32,000 nucleotides of DNA from Alkanindiges sp. WGS2144. Lineage in GTDB: Bacteria > Pseudomonadota > Gammaproteobacteria > Pseudomonadales > Moraxellaceae. The stretch is taken from the NCBI RefSeq assembly GCF_043950625.1, contig NZ_CP171007.1. The stretch is one strand, 5' to 3'. The notes beneath the pieces are model-generated. The model did no database searches, was not told the DNA's origin, and saw only the letters and a program-made list of their open reading frames with translations. Every line of letters begins with the position of its first letter. Position 1 is the first letter of the stretch. Below are positions 1-8,513 of the stretch, piece after piece. A program made the position numbers and the translations under genes.

Positions 1-3000
1 GCCTACATGGCAGTGAACACGGTTTTATTATGCTGATGTTTGCAGTCTTTTTTCTAAGCTGCCTACATGGCAGTGAACAACCCGCCCTGCCATGGCGGGG
101 CATCCTTTGATTTCTAAGCTGCCTACATGGCAGTGAACACGGAGGCAACCTTCAAGGAGTTGGTTGTCGAGTTTCTAAGCTGCCTACATGGCAGTGAACC
201 ATTGCTTCATACTGATCCTTCCACACGCCATTTTCTAAGCTGCCTACATGGCAGTGAACTCCCAATCCAAACCTTTGAAGAAGGTGCGCAATTTCTAAGC
301 TGCCTACATGGCAGTGAACTCCATAAAAATTCACAAGAATTTTCATTACATTTTCTAAGCTGCCTACATGGCAGTGAACATTTTAAAATTGGCTTCTGCC
401 CTATTTTGTGCTTTCTAAGCTGCCTACATGGCAGTGAACGGATGGCAAATCTGAAACAAAGGGGGATTCTAATTTCTAAGCTGCCTACATGGCAGTGAAC
501 AAGAGCCACTAACCAGCCCCCTAACTGGTATTTTTCTAAGCTGCCTACATGGCAGTGAACCGCCCTGCGTTGTTCTGATGTAGCCTTCAGCATTTCTAAG
601 CTGCCTACATGGCAGTGAACGCAGCACAGCGATTGAGCAAGGTTTTGCTGATTTTCTAAGCTGCCTACATGGCAGTGAACAATTTAAACCCCGCGTCATG
701 TCGGTAATGTCATTTCTAAGCTGCCTACATGGCAGTGAACTTCGCAAACAACATCAAAAACGAGATTTGTAGCTTTCTAAGCTGCCTACATGGCAGTGAA
801 CATACGGTAGTAGCTTGCTTATTACCACCAGATTTTCTAAGCTGCCTACATGGCAGTGAACCAATCGTGACGGTACGAATGCGGTGCTTTAATTTTCTAA
901 GCTGCCTACATGGCAGTGAACGTCCAGCCCTCTTTCCCGGTTACTCCTTTTTTTTTCTAAGCTGCCTACATGGCAGTGAACAGTGGAGCGGGGCTGCGGG
1001 GTCTATGTAATCATTTCTAAGCTGCCTACATGGCAGTGAACAGGGTTTTGAACTTGCCGCGCTGAATGGCTGGTTTCTAAGCTGCCTACATGGCAGTGAA
1101 CGGGTGGTCGCCTTTTAAGTGGTCACTTTCGTTTTTCTAAGCTGCCTACATGGCAGTGAACCTTGCTTGCAACAAGGCTTCTAGTTCTTCTTTTTTCTAA
1201 GCTGCCTACATGGCAGTGAACTGCTTGGCATTGATGATCTGGCCGATCTTCATTTTCTAAGCTGCCTACATGGCAGTGAACAAACTGAACCTTTCCTTCG
1301 TTGATAGCTTCAATTTCTAAGCTGCCTACATGGCAGTGAACGAACCTTTTACGGCATAAGCATTTGGCCCAGCTTTCTAAGCTGCCTACATGGCAGTGAA
1401 CTAGCAGGACGTATTGGGCGACCTGTAAATAAATTTCTAAGCTGCCTACATGGCAGTGAACTTGCTCAAATTCTGCAAAATCGTCAGGGTTCGTTTCTAA
1501 GCTGCCTACATGGCAGTGAACCACTGAAGGCATATTCGACACCATTGCCCTATTTTCTAAGCTGCCTACATGGCAGTGAACCACTGAAGGCATATTCGAC
1601 ACCATTGCCCTATTTTCTAAGCTGCCTACATGGCAGTGAACTGTCCAGCTGCTGGATAGTGATGGTTTCAAAATTTCTAAGCTGCCTACATGGCAGTGAA
1701 CCATTACCACCTGGTTTGCGCCCATAGGTACCTTTTCTAAGCTGCCTACATGGCAGTGAACTTCTTACGAACAAATCAGGGCATTGCTACAGCTTTCTAA
1801 GCTGCCTACATGGCAGTGAACATATTAGTATCAATATCAATTGCTCTTTGCGTTTTCTAAGCTGCCTACATGGCAGTGAACTGCGACCCAAGTATCAGCT
1901 TGATTATTATGATTTTCTAAGCTGCCTACATGGCAGTGAACTTGTTCTGACTGGCTCATCACACTTTCCTTCTTTTCTAAGCTGCCTACATGGCAGTGAA
2001 CTGTGCGCTCTTTTTCCCGGTACTCATCGACCATTTCTAAGCTGCCTACATGGCAGTGAACTTTGGAGTGGGGGGCGGCATACACGCGGTTATTTTCTAA
2101 GCTGCCTACATGGCAGTGAACAAATGCTGCCTAACGACGTGGAATTTCAGGCTTTTCTAAGCTGCCTACATGGCAGTGAACCCAGACAAAAATCCATTAG
2201 CTGGTCGTAAGCATTTCTAAGCTGCCTACATGGCAGTGAACATGGCATCAAGCAGCGGTGTAATCAGCTTGGTTTTCTAAGCTGCCTACATGGCAGTGAA
2301 CATTCCAGATCCGCACGTTGAGCAGGTGTAAGCTTTCTAAGCTGCCTACATGGCAGTGAACTTTTGTCAGTGGTCGGTTTGCTCGGCTTGTCCTTTCTAA
2401 GCTGCCTACATGGCAGTGAACAAGCTGGTTTGCCTTTGCCTGACATGGAACATTTTCTAAGCTGCCTACATGGCAGTGAACGTGCCCTCATCATCGCGTG
2501 GTGGATTCTCATTTTTCTAAGCTGCCTACATGGCAGTGAACGCGTGTTGGGCTGATCGTTCACATTCGTTGTGTTTCTAAGCTGCCTACATGGCAGTGAA
2601 CCAGGTTAAGGCCCTAGGCGGTGAAGTCCGCAATTTCTAAGCTGCCTACATGGCAGTGAACAGCTGGGTCATTGTTTTCTGGTGCGTGATCCATTTCTAA
2701 GCTGCCTACATGGCAGTGAACCGTGCCAAACACCTTTGATGTTCTGAACTGTTTTTCTAAGCTGCCTACATGGCAGTGAACGCCACCATCGGTAAGTTTT
2801 ACAATTTTCTCTTTTTCTAAGCTGCCTACATGGCAGTGAACGCCCCTATGAATTTAACTATTGCCTGCTATCTTTTCTAAGCTGCCTACATGGCAGTGAA
2901 CTACGTGTTAAACCGGCCTTACTGGTTTTGTTTTTTCTAAGCTGCCTACATGGCAGTGAACTTCTAAATAAAACACTATTACCGCCAATTAAGTTTCTAA

Positions 3001-3982
3001 GCTGCCTACATGGCAGTGAACTGCAAACATAGCACCGCATAACAATGGTGATTTTTCTAAGCTGCCTACATGGCAGTGAACATTCAGTACCAATATCTTT
3101 TGTTTTCTTGTTATTTCTAAGCTGCCTACATGGCAGTGAACGGTCTTTAGGCACACAGTTATAATTACCGCTATTTCTAAGCTGCCTACATGGCAGTGAA
3201 CTTCTTGTTTTGTCGCGGAGCAAGATTTTAGCGGTTTCTAAGCTGCCTACATGGCAGTGAACAACCATCTTGGTATTGTTGAAGGTGAGCGCGGTTTCTA
3301 AGCTGCCTACATGGCAGTGAACTGGGATCGTTAGGGTCTTTGGGTGGATTGTTATTTCTAAGCTGCCTACATGGCAGTGAACAAAAGCAAAGCGGTAATG
3401 AGAGGGGGGAAGTATTTCTAAGCTGCCTACATGGCAGTGAACAGTTCGGGTAGGATTGGTTGTTGCTCTACCCATTTCTAAGCTGCCTACATGGCAGTGA
3501 ACACGCAGGCCAAGCCTTAATGGCGTGGTGTGTTTTTCTAAGCTGCCTACATGGCAGTGAACATAGTAGTAAAGATTTTGGGCAGGCCGCATTTTTTCTA
3601 AGCTGCCTACATGGCAGTGAACATGAGATTAAGGCCTTTTTTGATGCACACAAATTTCTAAGCTGCCTACATGGCAGTGAACGAAGGAAACCTGCCGGAC
3701 AGCCTACAACTACATTTCTAAGCTGCCTACATGGCAGTGAACTTGTGTTTTTGGCGCTAACTTTTCGACTGGCTTTTCTAAGCTGCCTACATGGCAGTGA
3801 ACTTTTACCTGCAAAAACATCAGAGCGATTAAACTTTCTAAGCTGCCTACATGGCAGTGAACCCCAAACCAAGTAAGGCAGCACGACGGTTAATTTTCTA
3901 AGCTGCCTACATGGCAGTGAACGTGGGTTATTGGGATCGTTAGGGTCTTTGGGTTTTCTAAGCTGCCTACATGGCAGTGAAC
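1..3982 (-). CRISPR. Type I-F CRISPR array: 67 repeats (the first is truncated by the window edge) and 66 spacers; the array continues beyond position 1
   Basis: The 28-nt repeat reads TTTCTAAGCTGCCTACATGGCAGTGAAC on the + strand, which is GTTCACTGCCATGTAGGCAGCTTAGAAA on the - strand. This is the classic I-F repeat with the CTGCC/GGCAG Cas6f hairpin. The period is 60 bp (28+32), with four 33-nt spacers at 139-171, 440-472, 741-773 and 3202-3234. All visible repeats are identical. Orientation is set by the adjacent minus-strand cas operon and leader. Confidence 0.98.
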
Positions 3983-4114
3983 AGTAATTTTAAAGCAAAA
4001 ATATAAGTTACAACAAGCATTTATCATGGATTTTGGCATTTTACCCAATCAAAAAATAGCCAGTTGTAACTCATTGATTTCATTGAGCTGTTAAAGAGTG
4101 ATAAAAATATTGGG
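3983..4114 (-). promoter_or_regulatory. CRISPR leader (AT-rich, between the cas6f stop and the first repeat)
   Basis: A 132-bp AT-rich non-coding stretch directly abutting the terminal repeat at 3955-3982 on the cas-proximal side. I could not assign a convincing -35/-10 pair. Confidence 0.7.
4067..4079 (-). promoter_or_regulatory. Possible IHF site in the leader
   Basis: The minus strand reads AATCAATGAGTTA, which fits the IHF consensus WATCAANNNNTTR. It lies about 85-97 bp from the first repeat. This is a motif match only. Confidence 0.3.
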
Positions 4115-4705
4115 TCAAAACTCGGGAACACTAGATTCCGAGCTTAATCCATAGGTGCTAAAAACCTGACTGGCAGATTGTTCAGCAGGCTGCTTTTCAA
4201 TAAACAATTTAAACGGCTGAGCACTGGTTAGACTTTTTAGCTGAATAAATGGCAAGTCTGAGGTGGTTACTACGTTCTGATAGCGGCTTAAGGCTTCATC
4301 AAAATCAATATCACCCCGTTTTACTCGATGGCGTGCCAACCGTTCAGCATTGGTTTTAGGCTGTTTGCGTTTAAAGCAGGCATAACCTGTAATCTTTTCC
4401 TCAGGTACTGGGCGAATAGATGTGATATGCACATAATCCGTAAGCCGTTCCAGCCATTTTTTGATGTTGAGCTGATCTAGCTCATTTTCGGTTTGGGAAA
4501 ACAGCCGAAGCTTTGTGCCAAGAAAGCCTATTTTCTTTTCTGGATTAAACTGATACTGCGGAAAAGAAACTCCAATGCTTACTTTGTCATCAGCGTTTTT
4601 TATCTCGGCAAGCGCGAGGTGTAATTGCTGGTACAGCTTTGACCATAGAAAATACGTGGGTGCATCCTCTTGCGGTAAAAGCGTGAGTTCAATGTAAAAG
4701 GCCAT
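4115..4705 (-). CDS. cas6f: Cas6f/Csy4 crRNA endoribonuclease (196 aa)
   Basis: Last gene of the csy operon, next to the leader. It is collinear with Pseudomonas Csy4 as I remember it (IGVSFP, NxERLxRR, LPFxxLxSxS..F.LFI, YGLS...VPxF). Its start overlaps the csy3 stop (TAATG). Confidence 0.95.
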   Translation of the reverse strand: MAFYIELTLLPQEDAPTYFLWSKLYQQLHLALAEIKNADDKVSIGVSFPQYQFNPEKKIGFLGTKLRLFSQTENELDQLNIKKWLERLTDYVHITSIRPVPEEKITGYACFKRKQPKTNAERLARHRVKRGDIDFDEALSRYQNVVTTSDLPFIQLKSLTSAQPFKLFIEKQPAEQSASQVFSTYGLSSESSVPEF

Positions 4706-5748
4706 TACTTATCACTCTCACCAAAGACCCCGCCACGAACTAAAATAGCCATGACATAATGCTGCTGTTCAATTTCAGGAATCTTGCCCTCATTAACCCA
4801 GGCATCAAAAAGACTATAGAAATCTTTTTTGTCTGCAGGCTGGCGATAAGCACGTCCTTCCGAGGTTACAGAACCATATGGTTCAACCGCGATAGGTTTA
4901 CTTGCCTCGGGATACCAGTTATCGATAGTGCGTAAGGCATTACCAATTTTCTGCGAGTGGATACCCGCGTCTTTATCTTTAATTTTGTACAGGGTTTTAC
5001 TTTTTGCACCTTTAGTATTTCCACCTGACAGTATAAGTTCCTGGGATGGATAAACTTCCTGTCCCTCACCTAAACGAGCAAAGCCAATAACCCGCAATAA
5101 AACATGCTCATTACCAGTTAAACCTGCCTGAATCCAGCTGGATAATTGCTCCAAAGCTGGCGCTTGCTGGCTGTCTACCGCCACGTCATTTAAACGGTTT
5201 GCCAGTGCATCAAAATTCAAAGTTTCTTTTGGTTGTCCGTCAACAATACGAGCGACAGCTACGCTGACATTTTCAGCACCAATCCGGTTACGCCATAAAA
5301 ATCGGCCATTGGCTAAATTAACTGAATAACGTCTAGCCAATTCATAAAACTGATTTTCTGTCTTGTAGCTTGATACCACATTATTAAGACGCTCAGCAAA
5401 ACTTTCATTATTACAAGCGGATGGTTGCCCTACGTTAGGCAACACCCGAAGTGTAAAAGTCACTGCAACTGTATCCTTGCCCTGCGGTAACGCTGCAACA
5501 TCAACCGTTTGTAAATTTGGTTTTTCCACTGCTGCGTTAATATAGGCAGGGTCAATTTCCTTACTACTCTTAGGACGGTTAGAGATTGTTCCGCGTACTG
5601 ATTTTTCCTCAACCTGGATTGCAATAGCTCCCTCACCCTGTGAAATATCATTCCAGTTTACGGCGGTCATACGGCCATCTGACGGATCTAAATGACGGTT
5701 GAATGATAAAACAGACGCTGTTTTGATTTTTGCTGGTGCTTTAGCCAT
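4705..5748 (-). CDS. cas7f: Cas7f/Csy3 backbone subunit (347 aa)
   Basis: Position and size are typical for csy3, in a tightly packed operon. The ending ...ILVRGGVFG is typical of Csy3. Confidence 0.93.
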   Translation of the reverse strand: MAKAPAKIKTASVLSFNRHLDPSDGRMTAVNWNDISQGEGAIAIQVEEKSVRGTISNRPKSSKEIDPAYINAAVEKPNLQTVDVAALPQGKDTVAVTFTLRVLPNVGQPSACNNESFAERLNNVVSSYKTENQFYELARRYSVNLANGRFLWRNRIGAENVSVAVARIVDGQPKETLNFDALANRLNDVAVDSQQAPALEQLSSWIQAGLTGNEHVLLRVIGFARLGEGQEVYPSQELILSGGNTKGAKSKTLYKIKDKDAGIHSQKIGNALRTIDNWYPEASKPIAVEPYGSVTSEGRAYRQPADKKDFYSLFDAWVNEGKIPEIEQQHYVMAILVRGGVFGESDK

Positions 5749-5750
5749 GA

Positions 5751-6869
5751 TTAAATATCCTCTTCCTCTGAATCTGTAAATGAAAAATCAATTGATTGCA
5801 TATCTAAATCATCAAACGATGAGCTAGGAGCAGGTTGTGGCGCAAAAGGTTGAATGAGTGAATAGATACCCGCATCTGAATTTGGGTCATAAGCCCATAA
5901 AATATGAGTTAGGTCATCAATTCGGTGGGGGCTTTTCCATTCGCCCAAGCTAAGCAACGTTTCCGCAAAAGTCACTGGATATTGCTCATCACGCACGCCA
6001 GCTACAGAACCTGCCTCCAGCACATCAGTTAATGCACCATATCCAATTGGCACTGGAACTAGCCAGCCTTTTAAGTGAGCAGGTCGAGTGCGAAGCTCCC
6101 ATTTTCCTGATATAGGCTGATCGTGTTCAGTTTGCTCGCCTGCCTTTTGAACAGGACTACTGACTAAATTCAGACGGCTAATATCCAGTAGCGTGTCCAG
6201 TAAATCTGCTTCGCTACTCTGAGTTGCCAAGTAGGCTGGATGTTGGTTTAACCACTGTTGATGAGCCATGAGTACATCATGCCGATGAATTAAGGCAAAA
6301 CCAGGAAGCAAGTAACGGCGCAATTTTTTAGTTATCTCCGTGGCTTTAGCCTGTGACCAATTGACCAGTCTGGGTCTCACGCGTTGATGGGGCAAAATCA
6401 CTCCACCTGCCAGGCGCATCCCATAGACAAGCTGGTTAAGTTTGGCGAGTAAGTTTTGGGTTTGTGCATTTAACTCCACATCATTAGCAGATAAATGACT
6501 GTCCAGCGTGTCACCCGTCAGACCAATAACCAGACTGACCTCCATATGACCCTTACCTTCTTCTACCAGCGCTGGTGTAGAACCATTAGCTTCTAGCGGA
6601 GGGCGAGCCAAATTTAACTGATACGGTGTATAACGATACTCACTGGTTTTAGTCACTTGCGGCAGGAACTGATGGCAAATAATACCAATACCACAGCATT
6701 TAATAGCTTGATAATCATTAATAGCATTTAGCTTGCGTTGTAATGCATGCGCAAAACCTGTAAAAGCACTCGGTGCAGGAAAACCCCAAGTAAGATGACT
6801 GCTAATAATTGACGCATTTTCAATCTGTAAACGTACAAGATAAAGCGCTTTAGGATATGCATAAGTCAT
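5751..6869 (-). CDS. cas5f: Cas5f/Csy2 (372 aa) with an unusual acidic C-terminal tail
   Basis: Operon position between csy1 and csy3. It is about 45 aa longer than the ~327-aa Pseudomonas Csy2, and the extra length ends in ...FDDLDMQSIDFSFTDSEEEDI. Confidence 0.88.
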   Translation of the reverse strand: MTYAYPKALYLVRLQIENASIISSHLTWGFPAPSAFTGFAHALQRKLNAINDYQAIKCCGIGIICHQFLPQVTKTSEYRYTPYQLNLARPPLEANGSTPALVEEGKGHMEVSLVIGLTGDTLDSHLSANDVELNAQTQNLLAKLNQLVYGMRLAGGVILPHQRVRPRLVNWSQAKATEITKKLRRYLLPGFALIHRHDVLMAHQQWLNQHPAYLATQSSEADLLDTLLDISRLNLVSSPVQKAGEQTEHDQPISGKWELRTRPAHLKGWLVPVPIGYGALTDVLEAGSVAGVRDEQYPVTFAETLLSLGEWKSPHRIDDLTHILWAYDPNSDAGIYSLIQPFAPQPAPSSSFDDLDMQSIDFSFTDSEEEDI

Positions 6870-8210
6870 TTAGGCAAATTCCTCTTTAAGCAGTCGTAAT
6901 TTTTCTCGCAAGGCCAATGACCACACTCGTGCTTCAGCATCATCCAAGTCTTGTAACTTGCCTCGAGTAGTTAGAATCTTGTTCAGCCAAGTACCAAAGT
7001 TATAACCAACCTCAGTGTGCCAGTCACGTTCCCGATATGCTTCAAGCCACTCTTGCTCTTCTTTGGTTAGCTCACCCCGATCCTCCTTGATAAATAATTC
7101 TTCCCGATAGCCCCGATCTAGCCAAAAACTTTCCACGCGATTAAAATCTCGGCTTTTCTCCATTGTCCAGCCTGTAGTAGCACTTTGCTGAAGCTCAAGG
7201 CTCATATCAACAACGCAATCAGTGAGTTGCTCAACCAAATCGTCACGCTTTTTCCGAAACTCGCTATTATTTACACCATATTCATGACGATACATATGGA
7301 CAATAGCACCTAACAGTGGCTTCACATCTTTGCGATTACCAAGGTAACCCGTAAATACAGAACCCGACTTTGGTAGCTCTACAATCTGCCCCTGCCATAC
7401 GGGTGGCAGCGACGGCAATAACCACATAGCACCACGACGGTCACTATTAAGCTGCGAAATATTCTGCGGTTTTGATCCACCATAGTTGTGAATTAGCAAA
7501 CCAGGATACTCCCGACTTTCCTGCTCTCTGTGCAATTTTTTAAAACGTGCCTCGCGTAATACCTTGCTTTCTTCACTAAAACGATCGCTCAGGATATTTT
7601 GATAAGCACGATGCACCAGAGCACTCGGGTATAAAAGTACTAATACATGATAGCCGTCTTTTTCTACAGGAAAATAAACCTGCTTGGATAAGCGCCCAGC
7701 ATTCAATTGAGCAGGCGCTTTACTAAACGCCAAAAACCGCTGGTAACGGATGTGTGCTTGCTCAGATTGGTTTGCTAACGCAGCAATAAAATCAGCATCT
7801 GCTTTTAATAAGTGCTCAAGCAAGGAAACGTCGTTAAACTTTTGACGCAATAGTTTAAACACATCCAGAACCGCAGCATTACCAATCACGTCAGGTTCAA
7901 GGCTCAGGCCTTGCGAACCGATATAATCATGGGTCTTCTGTGCTTCAGAATAAAACATAGCAGATGCTTTAGAGTTTGGATGATGCTGCTTCGGTGTATG
8001 CGTTGCCAGTCGAATTTGACTGATACGCAGACTGGCCTCTTCCAGCCAGGTTTCAACATCATATTTTTCTAAAAGCTTTTCACGTTCTGCCGTATCCTCT
8101 GGCTTGAGCTTATCGAGTTTTTCGTTTAACCGACTCTGGATATATTGCTCAATCACTGCTCGAATAGTGGGCGGTGGAGAACCTGCTATCTCTTCTTTTG
8201 CATTTGACAT
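6870..8210 (-). CDS. cas8f: Cas8f/Csy1 large subunit (about 446 aa from the ATG at 8210; the ORF track extends to a TTG at 8222)
   Basis: Collinear with Pseudomonas Csy1 motifs (KLDKLxPED, GNAAxLDVFK, KQxYFP, GGxKPQNISQLN, WLLPSLPP). The true start is uncertain (8210 ATG or 8222 TTG). Confidence 0.92.
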   Translation of the reverse strand: MSNAKEEIAGSPPPTIRAVIEQYIQSRLNEKLDKLKPEDTAEREKLLEKYDVETWLEEASLRISQIRLATHTPKQHHPNSKASAMFYSEAQKTHDYIGSQGLSLEPDVIGNAAVLDVFKLLRQKFNDVSLLEHLLKADADFIAALANQSEQAHIRYQRFLAFSKAPAQLNAGRLSKQVYFPVEKDGYHVLVLLYPSALVHRAYQNILSDRFSEESKVLREARFKKLHREQESREYPGLLIHNYGGSKPQNISQLNSDRRGAMWLLPSLPPVWQGQIVELPKSGSVFTGYLGNRKDVKPLLGAIVHMYRHEYGVNNSEFRKKRDDLVEQLTDCVVDMSLELQQSATTGWTMEKSRDFNRVESFWLDRGYREELFIKEDRGELTKEEQEWLEAYRERDWHTEVGYNFGTWLNKILTTRGKLQDLDDAEARVWSLALREKLRLLKEEFA

Positions 8211-8267
8211 AGGATTTCTCAAAACTTGTTTTACAAAGTGAGTTATTTTTTAAAACAATTATTTGTT

Positions 8268-8458
8268 ATCATCTACGACAGTTTAACCATCGTAGATGAT
8301 GTTGGTTACCCAACTGTTCATACTATTATGCGCAGATGTTTGCCAAGCATCGTTTCCTCCTTACCCTATCGGGTGATGTGTGATCTCCCCAGATCGGTGG
8401 TTAAGCCCATTAAAGATGTAGTCTTTAATAAAATTCTTATGAATTACTCATAGGTGAT
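8268..8458 (-). ncRNA. Candidate CreT-like small RNA or csy-operon leader: 5' UTR, perfect SD, 10-codon mini-ORF (MLGKHLRIIV) with tandem AUA codons, then an 11-bp stem-loop
   Basis: On the minus strand: TAAGGAGG at 8363-8356, a 5-nt spacer, and ATG at 8350-8348. The ORF is atg ctt ggc aaa cat ctg cgc ATA ATA gta tga, with the stop at 8320-8318. A perfect inverted repeat ATCATCTACGA/TCGTAGATGAT lies at 8268-8278/8290-8300 with an 11-nt loop, 17 nt after the stop. The 5' end is inferred from the predicted promoter and the 3' end from the stem-loop. There is no expression evidence. Confidence 0.45.
8434..8454 (-). promoter_or_regulatory. Putative Csy-complex binding site (CC PAM plus a partially matching protospacer for the mini-CRISPR spacer), at about +5 to +25 of the predicted promoter
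   Basis: The minus strand reads CC|TATGAGTAATTCATAAGAA, compared with the psi-spacer TATGATCAATTAAACTCTT. Positions 1-5, 8-11 and 13 match. Two of the three proximal mismatches fall at positions 6 and 12, which are flipped out in type I complexes. Positions 14-19 do not match. Confidence 0.5.
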
Positions 8459-8464
8459 CAACTC

Positions 8465-8493
8465 AATATGAACTGGTTTTGTTCTCTTGACAA
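8465..8493 (-). promoter_or_regulatory. Predicted sigma70 promoter reading toward the mini-ORF and cas8f
   Basis: On the minus strand: TTGTCA (8493-8488), 17 nt, CATATT (8470-8465). The predicted TSS is about 8458. Confidence 0.45.
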
Positions 8494-8506
8494 GACCATT
8501 TACACT
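8479..8506 (+). promoter_or_regulatory. Weak candidate promoter for the crRNA-like gene
   Basis: TTGTTC (8479-8484), 16 nt, TACACT (8501-8506). This would start transcription at about 8513, just at psiR1. The match to consensus is poor. Confidence 0.25.
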
Positions 8507-8513
8507 ATTTTTT

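Noticed and set aside
3082-3234. Spacers 3082-3113 and 3202-3234 share ttcttgtt at their tail and head respectively, as possible contiguous protospacers
   Set aside because: The shared sequence is only 8 nt of T-rich, low-complexity sequence, followed by a mismatch.
127-3884. Many ORFs on both strands with recurring peptides (FLSCLHGSE, VHCHVGSLE, SLPCRQLRK)
   Set aside because: They are translations of the 28-nt CRISPR repeat in different frames. The 60-bp period keeps the frames open. They are not genes.
8226-8453. 75-aa plus-strand ORF in the cas2-3/cas8f gap
   Set aside because: It has a TTG start, no SD and odd composition, and it runs antisense through the SD, mini-ORF and stem-loop. 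The region is better explained by RNA and regulatory elements. It cannot be fully excluded as a small protein (for example an Acr or a regulator) without homology searches.
8455-8466. Plus-strand TGATCAACTCAA resembles psi-spacer positions 3-14 (10/12)
   Set aside because: The register gives TA instead of a CC PAM, and positions 1-2 of the seed mismatch. The minus-strand site at 8434-8454 has the correct PAM and an intact seed, so this match is probably incidental.
8487-8492. Perfect TTGACA on the plus strand as the -35 for the crRNA-like gene
   Set aside because: There is no acceptable -10 at 16-18 nt (TTTTCT). The same bases form the -35 (TTGTCA) of a better minus-strand promoter.
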